Part shown: piece after piece, positions 1-11,149 of the stretch
Layout of the letters: the number at the start of each line of letters is the position of its first letter
Position numbering within the stretch: position 1 is the stretch's first letter
Source of the DNA: Candidatus Latescibacterota bacterium
Lineage (GTDB): Bacteria > Latescibacterota > UBA2968 > UBA8231
Direction of reading: 5' to 3'
DNA length: 64,000 nt
Assembly (NCBI GenBank): GCA_965261395.1
Contig: OZ253462.1
Coordinates: forward strand, 1,536,001 to 1,600,000
The notes under the pieces: model-generated
What the model was told of the DNA's origin: nothing
The model's input: only the letters and a program-made list of their open reading frames with translations
The model's database searches: none
Program-made: the position numbers and the translations under genes

Positions 1-2
1 CC

Positions 3-158
3 GCGTACGGCAAACGGGTGGACTTACCCCAGCAGGACCGCACCCACCCCCTCCTGCGCTGGCGGCGCGAAAACGGCCTGCCCCCACCCGATCCCATGCC
101 GCGTCCGTACGCCGAGTGGCTGGCGGCAGAGGACGTGCGCTTGGGGCGGAGTGGGTGA
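3..158 (+). CDS. 3' end of a gene entering the window, probably a Gfo/Idh/MocA-type oxidoreductase C-terminus
   Basis: Open frame AYGKRVDLPQQDRTHPLLRW...GRSG* ending at TGA 156-158; resembles the 'RVSLPFADRTL' tail of the Gfo protein at 48318-49409. Confidence 0.45.
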   Translation, partial: AYGKRVDLPQQDRTHPLLRWRRENGLPPPDPMPRPYAEWLAAEDVRLGRSG

Positions 159-188
159 TTCCACAACTGACGGGAGGTCAGAATCGAC

Positions 189-1025
189 ATGAACGACACT
201 GAAAAATTCCTCTTCGACCTGCAGGGCTTCATCGTCGTCCGCGAGTTCCTCTCGCAGGGCGAAGTCAAAGCGCTCAACGACGCTTTCGACGCCAACTGGG
301 ACCAGCGCCGCGAAGACCCAATCGGCGACCCCAGCGGCAACATGGCTGGGACGGACAAGCGCGGCCTTTTCACCGACATGCTCACCTGGGAGCAGCCCCA
401 TTGCCAGCCATTCCGCGACCTGCTCGCGCACCGCAAGCTCCTGCCCTACCTCGACACCCTGCACGGACGCGGCTGGAAGCTCGACCACGAGCCGTTAATG
501 ATTAACGGTCCCAAGGGTATCGAAGGCCTGCGCATCCACGGAACCACCAACGTCCTCTTCAATGGCTCCCGCTTCTACGCGTACTCCAACGGCCAGATGC
601 GCTGTGGCCTTTTGGTCGTCCAGTACACTTTGCACGACCAAAACCCCGGCGACGGCGGCCTCTGCGTCATTCCGGGCAGCCACAAGGCGAACTTTAGCTG
701 CCCGCCAAAAATCACGACTTGGGAGGAGCACCAAGAGGTCGTTTACCAAGTGCCCCTAAAGGCCGGCGACATGGTCATCTTTAGCGAGAACACCTTGCAC
801 GGCACCCTGCCGTGGCAGGCGGACCACGACCGCCGCGCCCTGCTCTACCGGTACACGCCAAAGTACCTGCACTACGACGGCGGCACGTACGAGGTCGCGC
901 AGCCAGAATGGGTGTCGGAGTTGACCGAGGCGCAGCAGGCGGTGCTCGAACCGCCCTACATCTACCATCACCCTCTCATCGAACCGGATGGTGAGACCGT
1001 AGTCCGTCCACGCCGCGAGGATTAG
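189..1025 (+). CDS. Phytanoyl-CoA dioxygenase (PhyH) family Fe(II)/2OG oxygenase
   Basis: EKFLFDLQGFIVVR start, GGLCVIPGSHK, KAGDMVIF..NTLHG motifs; GGAGG RBS. Confidence 0.85.
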   Translation: MNDTEKFLFDLQGFIVVREFLSQGEVKALNDAFDANWDQRREDPIGDPSGNMAGTDKRGLFTDMLTWEQPHCQPFRDLLAHRKLLPYLDTLHGRGWKLDHEPLMINGPKGIEGLRIHGTTNVLFNGSRFYAYSNGQMRCGLLVVQYTLHDQNPGDGGLCVIPGSHKANFSCPPKITTWEEHQEVVYQVPLKAGDMVIFSENTLHGTLPWQADHDRRALLYRYTPKYLHYDGGTYEVAQPEWVSELTEAQQAVLEPPYIYHHPLIEPDGETVVRPRRED

Positions 1026-1035
1026 CCCTAGTCAG

Positions 1036-1905
1036 TCACCCCTGCCACTCCAAATTGATGCTCGTGTACCCGTCCGTATAGCGGCGCAAATGCTCGGGTA
1101 GGTTGGCCAAAAACCACTGGCCTTCCTCTGGGATTTCCCAGGGAATGTCGATGCGGTGGTTGCGGGGGCGGAAGCCGATGCCGCAAGAGAGGCGCGTTTC
1201 TTCAATTCGGTTGGGGAACGCGCCGTGATACGTGCGATGGGCGAAGACGATCATGTCGCCGCCGTTGGTGAAGAAGGGGACGAGGCCGGGAATGTCGAAG
1301 CCGTTGTAGCCGCGTTCCTCCGTGCCCTCCGGGTAGAAGGAGCGCCGGTCGGCCGTCATGCTGAATCCCTCCGGCCCCTCCCAATCTTCGACGTGGGAAT
1401 CCTCAATGACGCACAGGCCGCCGTGCTCGGGCCGCGAACCGGTCAGGTAAAACCACTTGCCCGACGGCCACAGTCCGCGGTTGAGGACGTCGCCCGAATG
1501 CTTGATCTCGGTCGAGTAGCCGCACCAATCGGTGTGCCACCCCACGGGAGCTGAGCCAGTCCGGCGGATGATGGCGGCCGAGCGGTGGAGCGTCAGTTCG
1601 TCGGTGCCGATCAGGTGCCGGTGCATGTCCATGAAGGGCGCGTAGTCGAGCACCTCCCAAGCGCCCGGGCCGGACTCAATCCAAGCGTGCCGCGTGCGGC
1701 TCTCGCCTGGTTGCAACGCGTGCTCCGGGTCCGTGCCGTCCCACACCGCCTGCTTGAGCTTGGCGACGATCTCCGGCGGCAGCGCGTCTTTGATCACCGC
1801 GAAGCCGTGCGCCTCCAAGCATTCATCCATCGCGTCGAGCTCGTCGGTGGCAAACTCATAGCGGTAGCCCAAGTCCGGCTTTTGAATGTGCGAATAGTCT
1901 TCCAT
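1036..1905 (-). CDS. PhyH family dioxygenase
   Basis: HGFAVIKD, WHTD (HxD), GGLCVIEDSH, GDMIVF..RTYHG; start moved to MEDYS (ATG at 1905) behind AGGAGGA. Confidence 0.8.
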   Translation of the reverse strand: MEDYSHIQKPDLGYRYEFATDELDAMDECLEAHGFAVIKDALPPEIVAKLKQAVWDGTDPEHALQPGESRTRHAWIESGPGAWEVLDYAPFMDMHRHLIGTDELTLHRSAAIIRRTGSAPVGWHTDWCGYSTEIKHSGDVLNRGLWPSGKWFYLTGSRPEHGGLCVIEDSHVEDWEGPEGFSMTADRRSFYPEGTEERGYNGFDIPGLVPFFTNGGDMIVFAHRTYHGAFPNRIEETRLSCGIGFRPRNHRIDIPWEIPEEGQWFLANLPEHLRRYTDGYTSINLEWQG

Positions 1906-1976
1906 GACTTTCCTCCTTACAAGTGCCCGGTTATTAGAGTCGCGATCACAGAGTAGCGGGCAGATCCATGACCCTA

Positions 1977-3521
1977 TTAGAAGCGCTGCGCCTGGGCACC
2001 GTCTGTAAGCGCCAGTTCGTAGCAGGCGGCCTCGCTGTCCGTGCGCACTAACAGATAGGGTGTGGCAAAGGCCGGGGGATTCCAAGTTTTGCCGTCGAAG
2101 GCCGTCATTCGCGCTAGTTCTACGTGGCGGTCGGGGCGAGCCTCGACCAGTAACACGTCGCCCGATTCGCTCATTATCAGCAGGATATCGTCTATCAGGA
2201 TGAGTTGGCCGTGGCCGTAGCGCCCGCGCTTCCAGCGCCGCTTGCCGTCTTGCGGGTCGAGGCAGACCAGCACCCCATCGTCGAGGCCATAGACAAAACC
2301 ATCGCGATAGACCATGTTGGCAAATTTGGCCTTGATCCGAGGGCTTTTCCAGAGGATATCGGTCGTCAACTCGCCGTTGGGCGCGGCATTCACTTGATAC
2401 AGCTTGGCTCCAATGCCGTAGCCGGTGGAGACCAGAACCCGGTCCCCGGGCAAGGGCAGGGGGTTGGCAATGCATTCAGCCCGATCCCAAGGCTGGTGCC
2501 AGAGGGGCACTCCGCTCTGCGGATCGTGCGCGACGACGCTGTGGTTGTTGAAGATCAGGATCTGCTCGCGTCCAGCTAAAGTGACCAGACGCGGTGAACT
2601 GAAGCCGGCCTTGTCTGTGCCCCCGCCCCACACAAACGCGCCGTTTTGGCGGTGATAGGCCACTAGCGAGCGCTCATCCGGGCCTCCGGCACTGACCACG
2701 ACCAAGGTGTCGAGAACCAGCGGCGAACAGCTAATGCCCCACATATGGGCCTTAGCTTGGTTGTCGGCGAGAATGTCCCGCGACCAAATCAGCGCCCCGC
2801 TGGCCAGATCTAAGCAATTGAGGATGCCAGTAGCGCCCAGCGTGAAAACCCGGTCTCCAGCGATGGTGGGCGTAGCGCGCGGGCCGATGCCGGCTACGGC
2901 GGTCTCGTAGCGAGTCGAGTCGGCGTGTTGCCAGAGCTTGCGGCCCGTTGCCAAGTCGTAGCAGACGACCTGCTCCTCGGGGCCGTGTTGCTCTTGGGTT
3001 ACGGCCCGGCCGCCGACAATGGCAAAGGAGGACCAAGCTGCGCCGACGGGGCGACGCCAGATTTCGCGCGGCGGGTGCTTGGCCCAGTCGCGCTCGAGGT
3101 GGACGCCGAGGAGGCGGTTGTTGCGCTCGGGGCCGAGAAATTGCGGCCAATCGCGGGCGTCGAGCGCGGTGGCGTCCCCTCCTTCGACAGCGGTGGCTTC
3201 GTCCTCAGTACTCCAACGCCATTCGAGGATCGGTGCGAAATCGCCGCTCATACCCTTAACGCGAAAAGACCCGATCCCAAGCGCAATGACGAGGACGATA
3301 CCGCCGAAATAGCGCAGGCGCTGTCCCCAGGCCAGCCGCGACGCGAAGAGCAACCAGAGCAAAGCAAAGAAAATCGCGAGCATGAAGGTGGCCATGGTGC
3401 GCATGACCTGTTGCTGGCGATGGGGGGCTTCGGGCAACCAGATCAGCAGGAGCGCCAGGACGACGCCTCCTCCGAGCAAATAGAGAGGCCATAAGCGAGG
3501 GCCGGCCGAGGACATGGGCAT
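1977..3521 (-). CDS. Membrane-anchored PQQ-like/BamB-type beta-propeller protein
   Basis: Three N-terminal TM segments, DWPQFLGP, repeated xxxLxxGxxxW propeller blades, TWNPP. Confidence 0.8.
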   Translation of the reverse strand: MPMSSAGPRLWPLYLLGGGVVLALLLIWLPEAPHRQQQVMRTMATFMLAIFFALLWLLFASRLAWGQRLRYFGGIVLVIALGIGSFRVKGMSGDFAPILEWRWSTEDEATAVEGGDATALDARDWPQFLGPERNNRLLGVHLERDWAKHPPREIWRRPVGAAWSSFAIVGGRAVTQEQHGPEEQVVCYDLATGRKLWQHADSTRYETAVAGIGPRATPTIAGDRVFTLGATGILNCLDLASGALIWSRDILADNQAKAHMWGISCSPLVLDTLVVVSAGGPDERSLVAYHRQNGAFVWGGGTDKAGFSSPRLVTLAGREQILIFNNHSVVAHDPQSGVPLWHQPWDRAECIANPLPLPGDRVLVSTGYGIGAKLYQVNAAPNGELTTDILWKSPRIKAKFANMVYRDGFVYGLDDGVLVCLDPQDGKRRWKRGRYGHGQLILIDDILLIMSESGDVLLVEARPDRHVELARMTAFDGKTWNPPAFATPYLLVRTDSEAACYELALTDGAQAQRF

Positions 3522-3533
3522 TGATCCGCTGTG

Positions 3534-4607
3534 TTAGACGCCGCCGGTGGCGGTCTCCAAGCGGACCCAATCGCCGCTTGCGACCGAGCGGGCAGTGGCG
3601 GCCATCGCCCGCATCGCTTGGGTTCCATCCTCCACATCGGCCCCCATTTGGGGCGCGCCGTGCAGGACTGCATCGGCAAAACCTTCGAGTTGGAGTCGGT
3701 AGAAATGCGCGTCGGCTCCTAAAGGCCGGTGGTACTGACCGTCTCGCGTGGAGAAGCACTCGACATCGCTGGATTTCAAAAACCACGGCAGATAGGTTTT
3801 GCCGACGACGCTGCCGTGCTCGCCGTAGATGTGAAAGCCCTCGTGGTAGTCCATGCGCACGGCCACCGTCAGATCGAGATGTCCCTGGCCGCCATTGGCG
3901 AACTCCACTTCGACGAACCAAGAATACGCCCCGAACATCTCCTTGCACCGGCCGCGCACGGCCGTGAGCGGGCCGCCCAAAAAGCGGGCTAGGTCGATGA
4001 GATGCGAGCCGTGGGTCAGCATGAAGTAGCGCCGCTTGTCGCCCTTGGGATCGCCCGCTGGTTTGCGCGCCTGATCGCTGTGCAGAGGCAAGGGCTGGAG
4101 GTTGTCGGTCATGGTGTAGCGATAGGTCGAATCGCAGTACCAAGCCTTCAGGGCCAACAGCGACCCCATCTCCTCGCGGATAAACTGCCGGGCAAAAGCA
4201 ATGCCGGGATCGAAGCGCTTCATGTGGCCGACCTGGAGCGTACAGCCCGAGTCGGCAACGGCCTGACGCAGAGCTTCGCACTCTTCCACGCTTGTTCCCA
4301 ACGGCTTTTCCACGAAGACGTGTTTACCAGCAGCCAGCGCCTGCAAGCTGAGCGGGACGTGGAACGCATCGGCCGTGGCGATGATGACCGCTTCCACCTG
4401 CGGGTCCGCGAGCATGTCGGCAAAGTCGGCGTAGGTTTTCTCCGGCTGGTGAATGGCGGCCATGCGCTCGACTAAGTCCGGTGCTTGGTCGCAGAGCGCA
4501 TAAAGGCGCGTATTGCGGGCCTTGATGCACGACTCAAAGTGGGCGAATTGGGCGATGGGGCCGCAGCCCAAGACGCCGATGGACAAAAGCTGGCGGTCTT
4601 TGTTCAC
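3534..4607 (-). CDS. Gfo/Idh/MocA family oxidoreductase
   Basis: GVLGCGPIA Rossmann motif, KHVFVEKP, GHMKRFDP. Confidence 0.85.
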   Translation of the reverse strand: MNKDRQLLSIGVLGCGPIAQFAHFESCIKARNTRLYALCDQAPDLVERMAAIHQPEKTYADFADMLADPQVEAVIIATADAFHVPLSLQALAAGKHVFVEKPLGTSVEECEALRQAVADSGCTLQVGHMKRFDPGIAFARQFIREEMGSLLALKAWYCDSTYRYTMTDNLQPLPLHSDQARKPAGDPKGDKRRYFMLTHGSHLIDLARFLGGPLTAVRGRCKEMFGAYSWFVEVEFANGGQGHLDLTVAVRMDYHEGFHIYGEHGSVVGKTYLPWFLKSSDVECFSTRDGQYHRPLGADAHFYRLQLEGFADAVLHGAPQMGADVEDGTQAMRAMAATARSVASGDWVRLETATGGV

Positions 4608-4986
4608 GCGCCTTCTGCGGGCAAAATGGCGTAGGCTTCGATCTCGACGACCAGATGCGGTTTTAGCAACGCGGCTATGACGACCAAGGTCGAGGCCGGC
4701 AAAATCTCGCCAAACACCTCCTGGTGAGCGCGGGTGACGCCAGCGGCATGGGGCACATCGGTGATGTACACGACCGTTCGCACCACGTCGTCGAGGCTGG
4801 CACCGGTTTCGGTGAGAGCTTTGGCGATGATCTGCAACGCGCCCTTGGCCTGCTCGTAGGCATCGCCCTGGTCATGCGGCGGCTGGGCGCAGGTGCCAGC
4901 GACGTGGATATGCCGGTCCACGCGCACGGCGCGCGAATAACCGAATTCCGCGCCAAATGCGCTGCTGGTAGCTATGTTTCTGCGTT

Positions 4987-4990
<4 letters not shown>
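4604..4990 (-). CDS. RidA/YjgF (Rid) family protein
   Basis: GYSRAVRV, DDVVRT, PASTLV, VEIEA motifs. Confidence 0.85.
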
Positions 4991-6920
<1,930 letters not shown>

Positions 6921-7016
6921 AACTCACAATAATTACGGCAAATCAGCGATAATGGGCTACTCTGCTGCTCGCTAATTTGCCATCTTCTCAGCCTACCTTT
7001 CTCCAAAGGAGCCCCC

Positions 7017-7805
7017 ATGAACGAAGACGACAAATACCTCTTTGACCTGACGGGCTATTTGGTCCTCAGAGACGTGCTGACCGCCGAGGAGGTGGCCCAA
7101 CTAAACGCCGGCATCGACCGCCACCGCGACCTTATGAGCGAGATAGACCGCTCGCTGTCCGGAGACGCGCAGGCGCTGCAAGGCACTTCGCGGCGCAAGG
7201 ATTTAGGTGGTATGCTCGCTTGGGAACAGCCTTGGTGCGAGCCGTTTCGCAAGTTGCTGGCGCATCCCAAAGTCAAACCCTATCTCGAAGAAATCTTGGG
7301 CCAGGGGTATCGCCTCGACCATGGGCCAGGGCTGATCGCCATGGACGAGGGCTGCGAGGGCGGGCTTTTGCACGGCGGTGGGGTGGAGCGCAAGGATATA
7401 TCGGAAGTGTACTTCTTTAAGAACGGTCGCATTTTCACCGGGCTGACCGTGGTCGAATATCTGCTGGCCGACGAGGGGCCGGGCGACGGGGGCGTGGCGG
7501 TGATCCCGGGTAGCCACAAGGCCAACTTAGCCTGTCCGCAGAGCATGATTAAGTGGGAAAAGCACCAAGAGCACGTGCTCGAAGTAAATGGCAAGGCCGG
7601 CGACGCAGTGATCTTCACCGAGACCTTGACGCACGGCACGCTGCCGTGGACGGCCGCACACGAGCGGCGGGCGCTGCTGTACAAGTTCAGCCCAGGTACT
7701 CTGTCCTATGGCTCGGGACCGCACGAGACGACGTATTCCGAGTACATCGAGGATATGACCGAGGAAGAGCGAGCCGTGATGGAGGCACCGCATATCCGCC
7801 GTTAA
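7017..7805 (+). CDS. PhyH family dioxygenase (paralog of 189..1025)
   Basis: DKYLFDLTGYLVLR, VIPGSHKAN, KAGDAVIFTETLTHG. Confidence 0.85.
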   Translation: MNEDDKYLFDLTGYLVLRDVLTAEEVAQLNAGIDRHRDLMSEIDRSLSGDAQALQGTSRRKDLGGMLAWEQPWCEPFRKLLAHPKVKPYLEEILGQGYRLDHGPGLIAMDEGCEGGLLHGGGVERKDISEVYFFKNGRIFTGLTVVEYLLADEGPGDGGVAVIPGSHKANLACPQSMIKWEKHQEHVLEVNGKAGDAVIFTETLTHGTLPWTAAHERRALLYKFSPGTLSYGSGPHETTYSEYIEDMTEEERAVMEAPHIRR

Positions 7806-7876
7806 AAATAGTCCAAGTAAGTTACGTGAAAAGGTGAATATTCGGTTCCGCCGTAATCCTGAAAGGAGTTTTTGCA

Positions 7877-8779
7877 ATGACTGACAATATCAATAGAGAT
7901 AGTGTTCCAAAACGCGCTGATCTACTAAATCCGACACTTACTGCGCTCCACGCGCTTGGAGGTAGTGCTTCCAATAGAGAAATCAACAACCGAGTAAGTG
8001 AAGATATGGGACTGTCCGCTGCTATTACCCAAGTCCCGCACAGGACAAAAAGTATTACAGAGCTGGAAGACCGATTGCAGTGGGATAGAACCTACCTCAA
8101 AACGTACGGTTTGATTGATAATTCGGAGAGAGGCGTGTGGTCTCTTACTGCTAAAGGGCGGGAAACCCAGCGTGTTGACGACCCCGAAGGAGTTATAAAT
8201 TTTTACCGTCAACGGAAGCGAAAGAAGCAAGCTCGTAAACAAGCCAAAACTGAAGAAGACGCCCCCACTGAGAACCTTGAAAACCCAGCCGAGGATTCCG
8301 CAGGTGAAACCGCTGCCTGGCGTGAGGATTTGCTGGACACCCTCCAGAACATGCCTCCCGACGCATTCGAACGCTTGTGCCAAAGGCTGTTGCGGGAATC
8401 GGGCTGTATCGAGGTTGAGGTCACGGGAAGATCGGGCGATGGCGGAATTGACGGGCATGGAATAATCCGCCTCGTAGGGCTGATTAGCTTTCCCGTGCTG
8501 TTCCAGTGCAAGCGCTACAGCGGCAGTGTTAGTCCGAGCGTGGTCAGGGACTTTCGCGGCGCGATGATGGGACGGGCGGAAAAGGGCGTTATCTTGACGA
8601 CAGGTGGCTTCACAAGAGAGGCGCAACGAGAAGCCACCCGGGACGGCGTGCCGCTGATAGACTTGATTGATGGCGAATTGCTAATCGACAAAATAAAAGA
8701 GCTCGAACTCGGCGTGAGCGTAAGAAAGAAGATGGTCGAGGTCGTGGAAGTGGATAGGGACTGGTTCGCGTCGATTTAG
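7877..8779 (+). CDS. mrr: Mrr-family type IV (modification-dependent) restriction endonuclease
   Basis: N-terminal winged-helix Mrr_N (WDRTYLK..GLI..SERGVW), catalytic DGGIDG...QCKRY, FT.EA..EA, LIDGE. Confidence 0.85.
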   Translation: MTDNINRDSVPKRADLLNPTLTALHALGGSASNREINNRVSEDMGLSAAITQVPHRTKSITELEDRLQWDRTYLKTYGLIDNSERGVWSLTAKGRETQRVDDPEGVINFYRQRKRKKQARKQAKTEEDAPTENLENPAEDSAGETAAWREDLLDTLQNMPPDAFERLCQRLLRESGCIEVEVTGRSGDGGIDGHGIIRLVGLISFPVLFQCKRYSGSVSPSVVRDFRGAMMGRAEKGVILTTGGFTREAQREATRDGVPLIDLIDGELLIDKIKELELGVSVRKKMVEVVEVDRDWFASI

Positions 8780-8791
8780 CAAGCGCAGCGC

Positions 8792-9052
8792 ATGGAATTC
8801 GACATCAGAGTGCAGCCAAAGGCCGGGCGCAACAGCGTCGAGATTGACGGCGACAAAGTGACAGCGCGGGTAACAGCGGCCCCGGAGGGCGGCAAGGCCA
8901 ACGACGCGGTGGTGGCCCTGCTGGCGAAGCGGCTCAAGGTCGCCAAGGGCAGGGTGCATATTGTGCGGGGGCACAAGGCGCGGGACAAACGACTGCGTAT
9001 TGAGGACATGACGGCAGGCGAAGTCTTTGCCCGCCTGTCGGAGTCGAAGTGA
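8792..9052 (+). CDS. DUF167/YggU family protein
   Basis: VQPKA, VTAAPEGGKAN, G.KARDK motifs. Confidence 0.85.
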   Translation: MEFDIRVQPKAGRNSVEIDGDKVTARVTAAPEGGKANDAVVALLAKRLKVAKGRVHIVRGHKARDKRLRIEDMTAGEVFARLSESK

Positions 9053-9082
9053 CAAAGGCAAAAAAACTGAAAGGAGCAGCAG

Positions 9083-10546
9083 ATGCGCGTAGCCATCGGA
9101 GGCATTTCCCACGAGAGCAGTACCTTCACGAACGTAGCTACCACGTTGGACAGTTTCCGGGAGCGCAGCTATCTCCACGGAGCGGAAATTGTCGAGCGCT
9201 TTACTGGGGTCAATACGCCCATCGGCGGGTTTCTCGAAGGGGCCGAGGCGCACGGCTTTGAAGTAGTGCCGACGATGTTAGCCGAGGCCCATCCCAGCGC
9301 CCCGACGCCCCGCTCCATTTTCGATAGGCTAGTGGGCGAACTGGTCGACGGCATCGAGGCGGGGGGGGCTATCGACGGGGTTTTATTGGAATTGCACGGG
9401 GCCATGGTGGCCGAGGGCATTGACGACGCCGAAGGGCATATCCTAGCAGCAGTACGCCGGTTGGTCGGTCCGGATATGCCCATCGTCGGGCAACTGGACA
9501 TCCACTCCAATGTCTCCCAAGGCATGATCGAAGCCGCCGATGTGCTGATTGGGCGGGAGACCTATCCAGAGATCGATATGGCACCAAGGGGCCGCGAGTG
9601 CGCCGATGTGCTGGTGCGCATGGTACGGGAAGGCGTGCGGCCGACCATGGCCTTGCACCAACTGCCGCTAGTCTGGGGCATGAACCAAGTGACGGCCCAT
9701 CCACCCATGCGCCAGGCCATCGAATACCTGCACCAAATTGAAGCGCGGCCCAGCGTGATCTGCGGCTCCATAGCCACCTGTTTCCCCCTAGCCGATATCC
9801 CCGATATGGGGGCCTCGGTGTACATAGCGACCGACAACGATCCCGCCCTAGCCCAATCCTGCGCCGACGAGTTAGCCGCTTGGCTGTGGGAGCGCCGGGC
9901 CGATTGGCAGTTGGCCATGCCCTCTACCGCAGAAGCACTGCAAGCGGCCGCAGGGACGGGGCGTTTCCCCGTGATCTTCGCCGATCGCAACGACAATACC
10001 GGCGGCGGTTCGCCCGGCGACAGCACTGGGCTGTTGCAAGCTTTTTTGGCGGCCGATCTGCAAGACGCCTGCGTGCTGTACATCGTCGATCCCGCAGCCG
10101 TGGCTGCTTGCCACCAAGCAGGCGTTGGTGCAGTGCTCGATTTAGAGGTGGGCGGCAAGGCGTCTCCGTTGCAAGGCGAGCCTTGCTCCATGCGGGCCGA
10201 GGTGGTGGCCTTGACCGATGGCCGCTTTCTCTACGACGGGCCTATGTACGCCGGCCTAGATGGCACCATGGGGCCTTCGGCTCACATCCGCCAAGGCGGG
10301 GTACACGTGCTGTTGGTGAACAAGCGCGAGCAACCCTTTTGCACGGCGTTTTCCCGCACTTTGGGTTTGGACCCAAAGCAGATGCGCTATGTCGGCGTCA
10401 AGTCCGCAGCTCATTTCCGCGCTGGTTTTGAGTCGTGGGCCGGCCAGATCCAAGTGATTTCCGAGCCGTCGGTACACGATCCGGCCGATGCCAAGCTGGC
10501 CTTTAAGCGGTTGGGCCGGAAACTGTATCCTTTTGACGACATTTAG
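9083..10546 (+). CDS. M81 family metallopeptidase (MlrC-like)
   Basis: HESSTF, LHGAM, DIHSN, YPEID, DNTGGG, KSAAHFR motifs. Confidence 0.85.
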   Translation: MRVAIGGISHESSTFTNVATTLDSFRERSYLHGAEIVERFTGVNTPIGGFLEGAEAHGFEVVPTMLAEAHPSAPTPRSIFDRLVGELVDGIEAGGAIDGVLLELHGAMVAEGIDDAEGHILAAVRRLVGPDMPIVGQLDIHSNVSQGMIEAADVLIGRETYPEIDMAPRGRECADVLVRMVREGVRPTMALHQLPLVWGMNQVTAHPPMRQAIEYLHQIEARPSVICGSIATCFPLADIPDMGASVYIATDNDPALAQSCADELAAWLWERRADWQLAMPSTAEALQAAAGTGRFPVIFADRNDNTGGGSPGDSTGLLQAFLAADLQDACVLYIVDPAAVAACHQAGVGAVLDLEVGGKASPLQGEPCSMRAEVVALTDGRFLYDGPMYAGLDGTMGPSAHIRQGGVHVLLVNKREQPFCTAFSRTLGLDPKQMRYVGVKSAAHFRAGFESWAGQIQVISEPSVHDPADAKLAFKRLGRKLYPFDDI

Positions 10547-10549
10547 CGA

Positions 10550-11149
10550 TTGGAAGCGGTCGTGGATATAGGCGCTTGGGCTGCGGTGCAGACGGGTCTC
10601 GCCCAGCACCGGCCCTGCTTGGTAGGCTCTACGGACAAGACGCGGGCCGCCGTGGCCGTGGTCTTGGGGCCGACGTCGGAGGGCTTGCAGTTGCTTTTTA
10701 TCGAACGCGCCCAGCACCTGGACGATCCTTGGTCGGGGCACATCGCCTTTCCCGGTGGCCGCATTGAGGCAGACGACCCATCGCCACGGGCTGCGGCCGA
10801 GCGCGAGACCTTGGAGGAAGTCGGGCTCGATCTGTCCGGTGCCGAGTATTGGGGCCGGGTCGACGATTTGACCGGGCATATGCTGCCGGTGGTGGTATCT
10901 GGTTTCGTCTATCGCTTGGCGACGCCAGCAGCCTTGACCCTCAACCACGAGATCGAGTCGGCCTTTTGGGCGGGGGCCGACCAATTGCGCGATCCCGGTA
11001 AGCGGACTCAGTACCGACTGCGACGCCGCAGCGCAGAACAGGCATTTCCAGCACTCGACCTGTTGGGACCGAACCGCCCGCTGTTGTGGGGGCTAACCTT
11101 TCGCATTGTGCGCCAATTAGTCGCTTGGATGGAGCCAGACAAAATATGA
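10550..11149 (+). CDS. Nudix hydrolase, CoA pyrophosphatase type
   Basis: WSGHIAFPGG and Nudix box AAERETLEEVGL; WGLT. Confidence 0.85.
   Translation: MEAVVDIGAWAAVQTGLAQHRPCLVGSTDKTRAAVAVVLGPTSEGLQLLFIERAQHLDDPWSGHIAFPGGRIEADDPSPRAAAERETLEEVGLDLSGAEYWGRVDDLTGHMLPVVVSGFVYRLATPAALTLNHEIESAFWAGADQLRDPGKRTQYRLRRRSAEQAFPALDLLGPNRPLLWGLTFRIVRQLVAWMEPDKI

Noticed and set aside
1906-2475. Long N-terminal extensions in the ORF track (also to 19569, 26977, 30212, 59298)
   Set aside because: They overlap neighbouring genes; downstream starts have RBSs and family-typical N-termini
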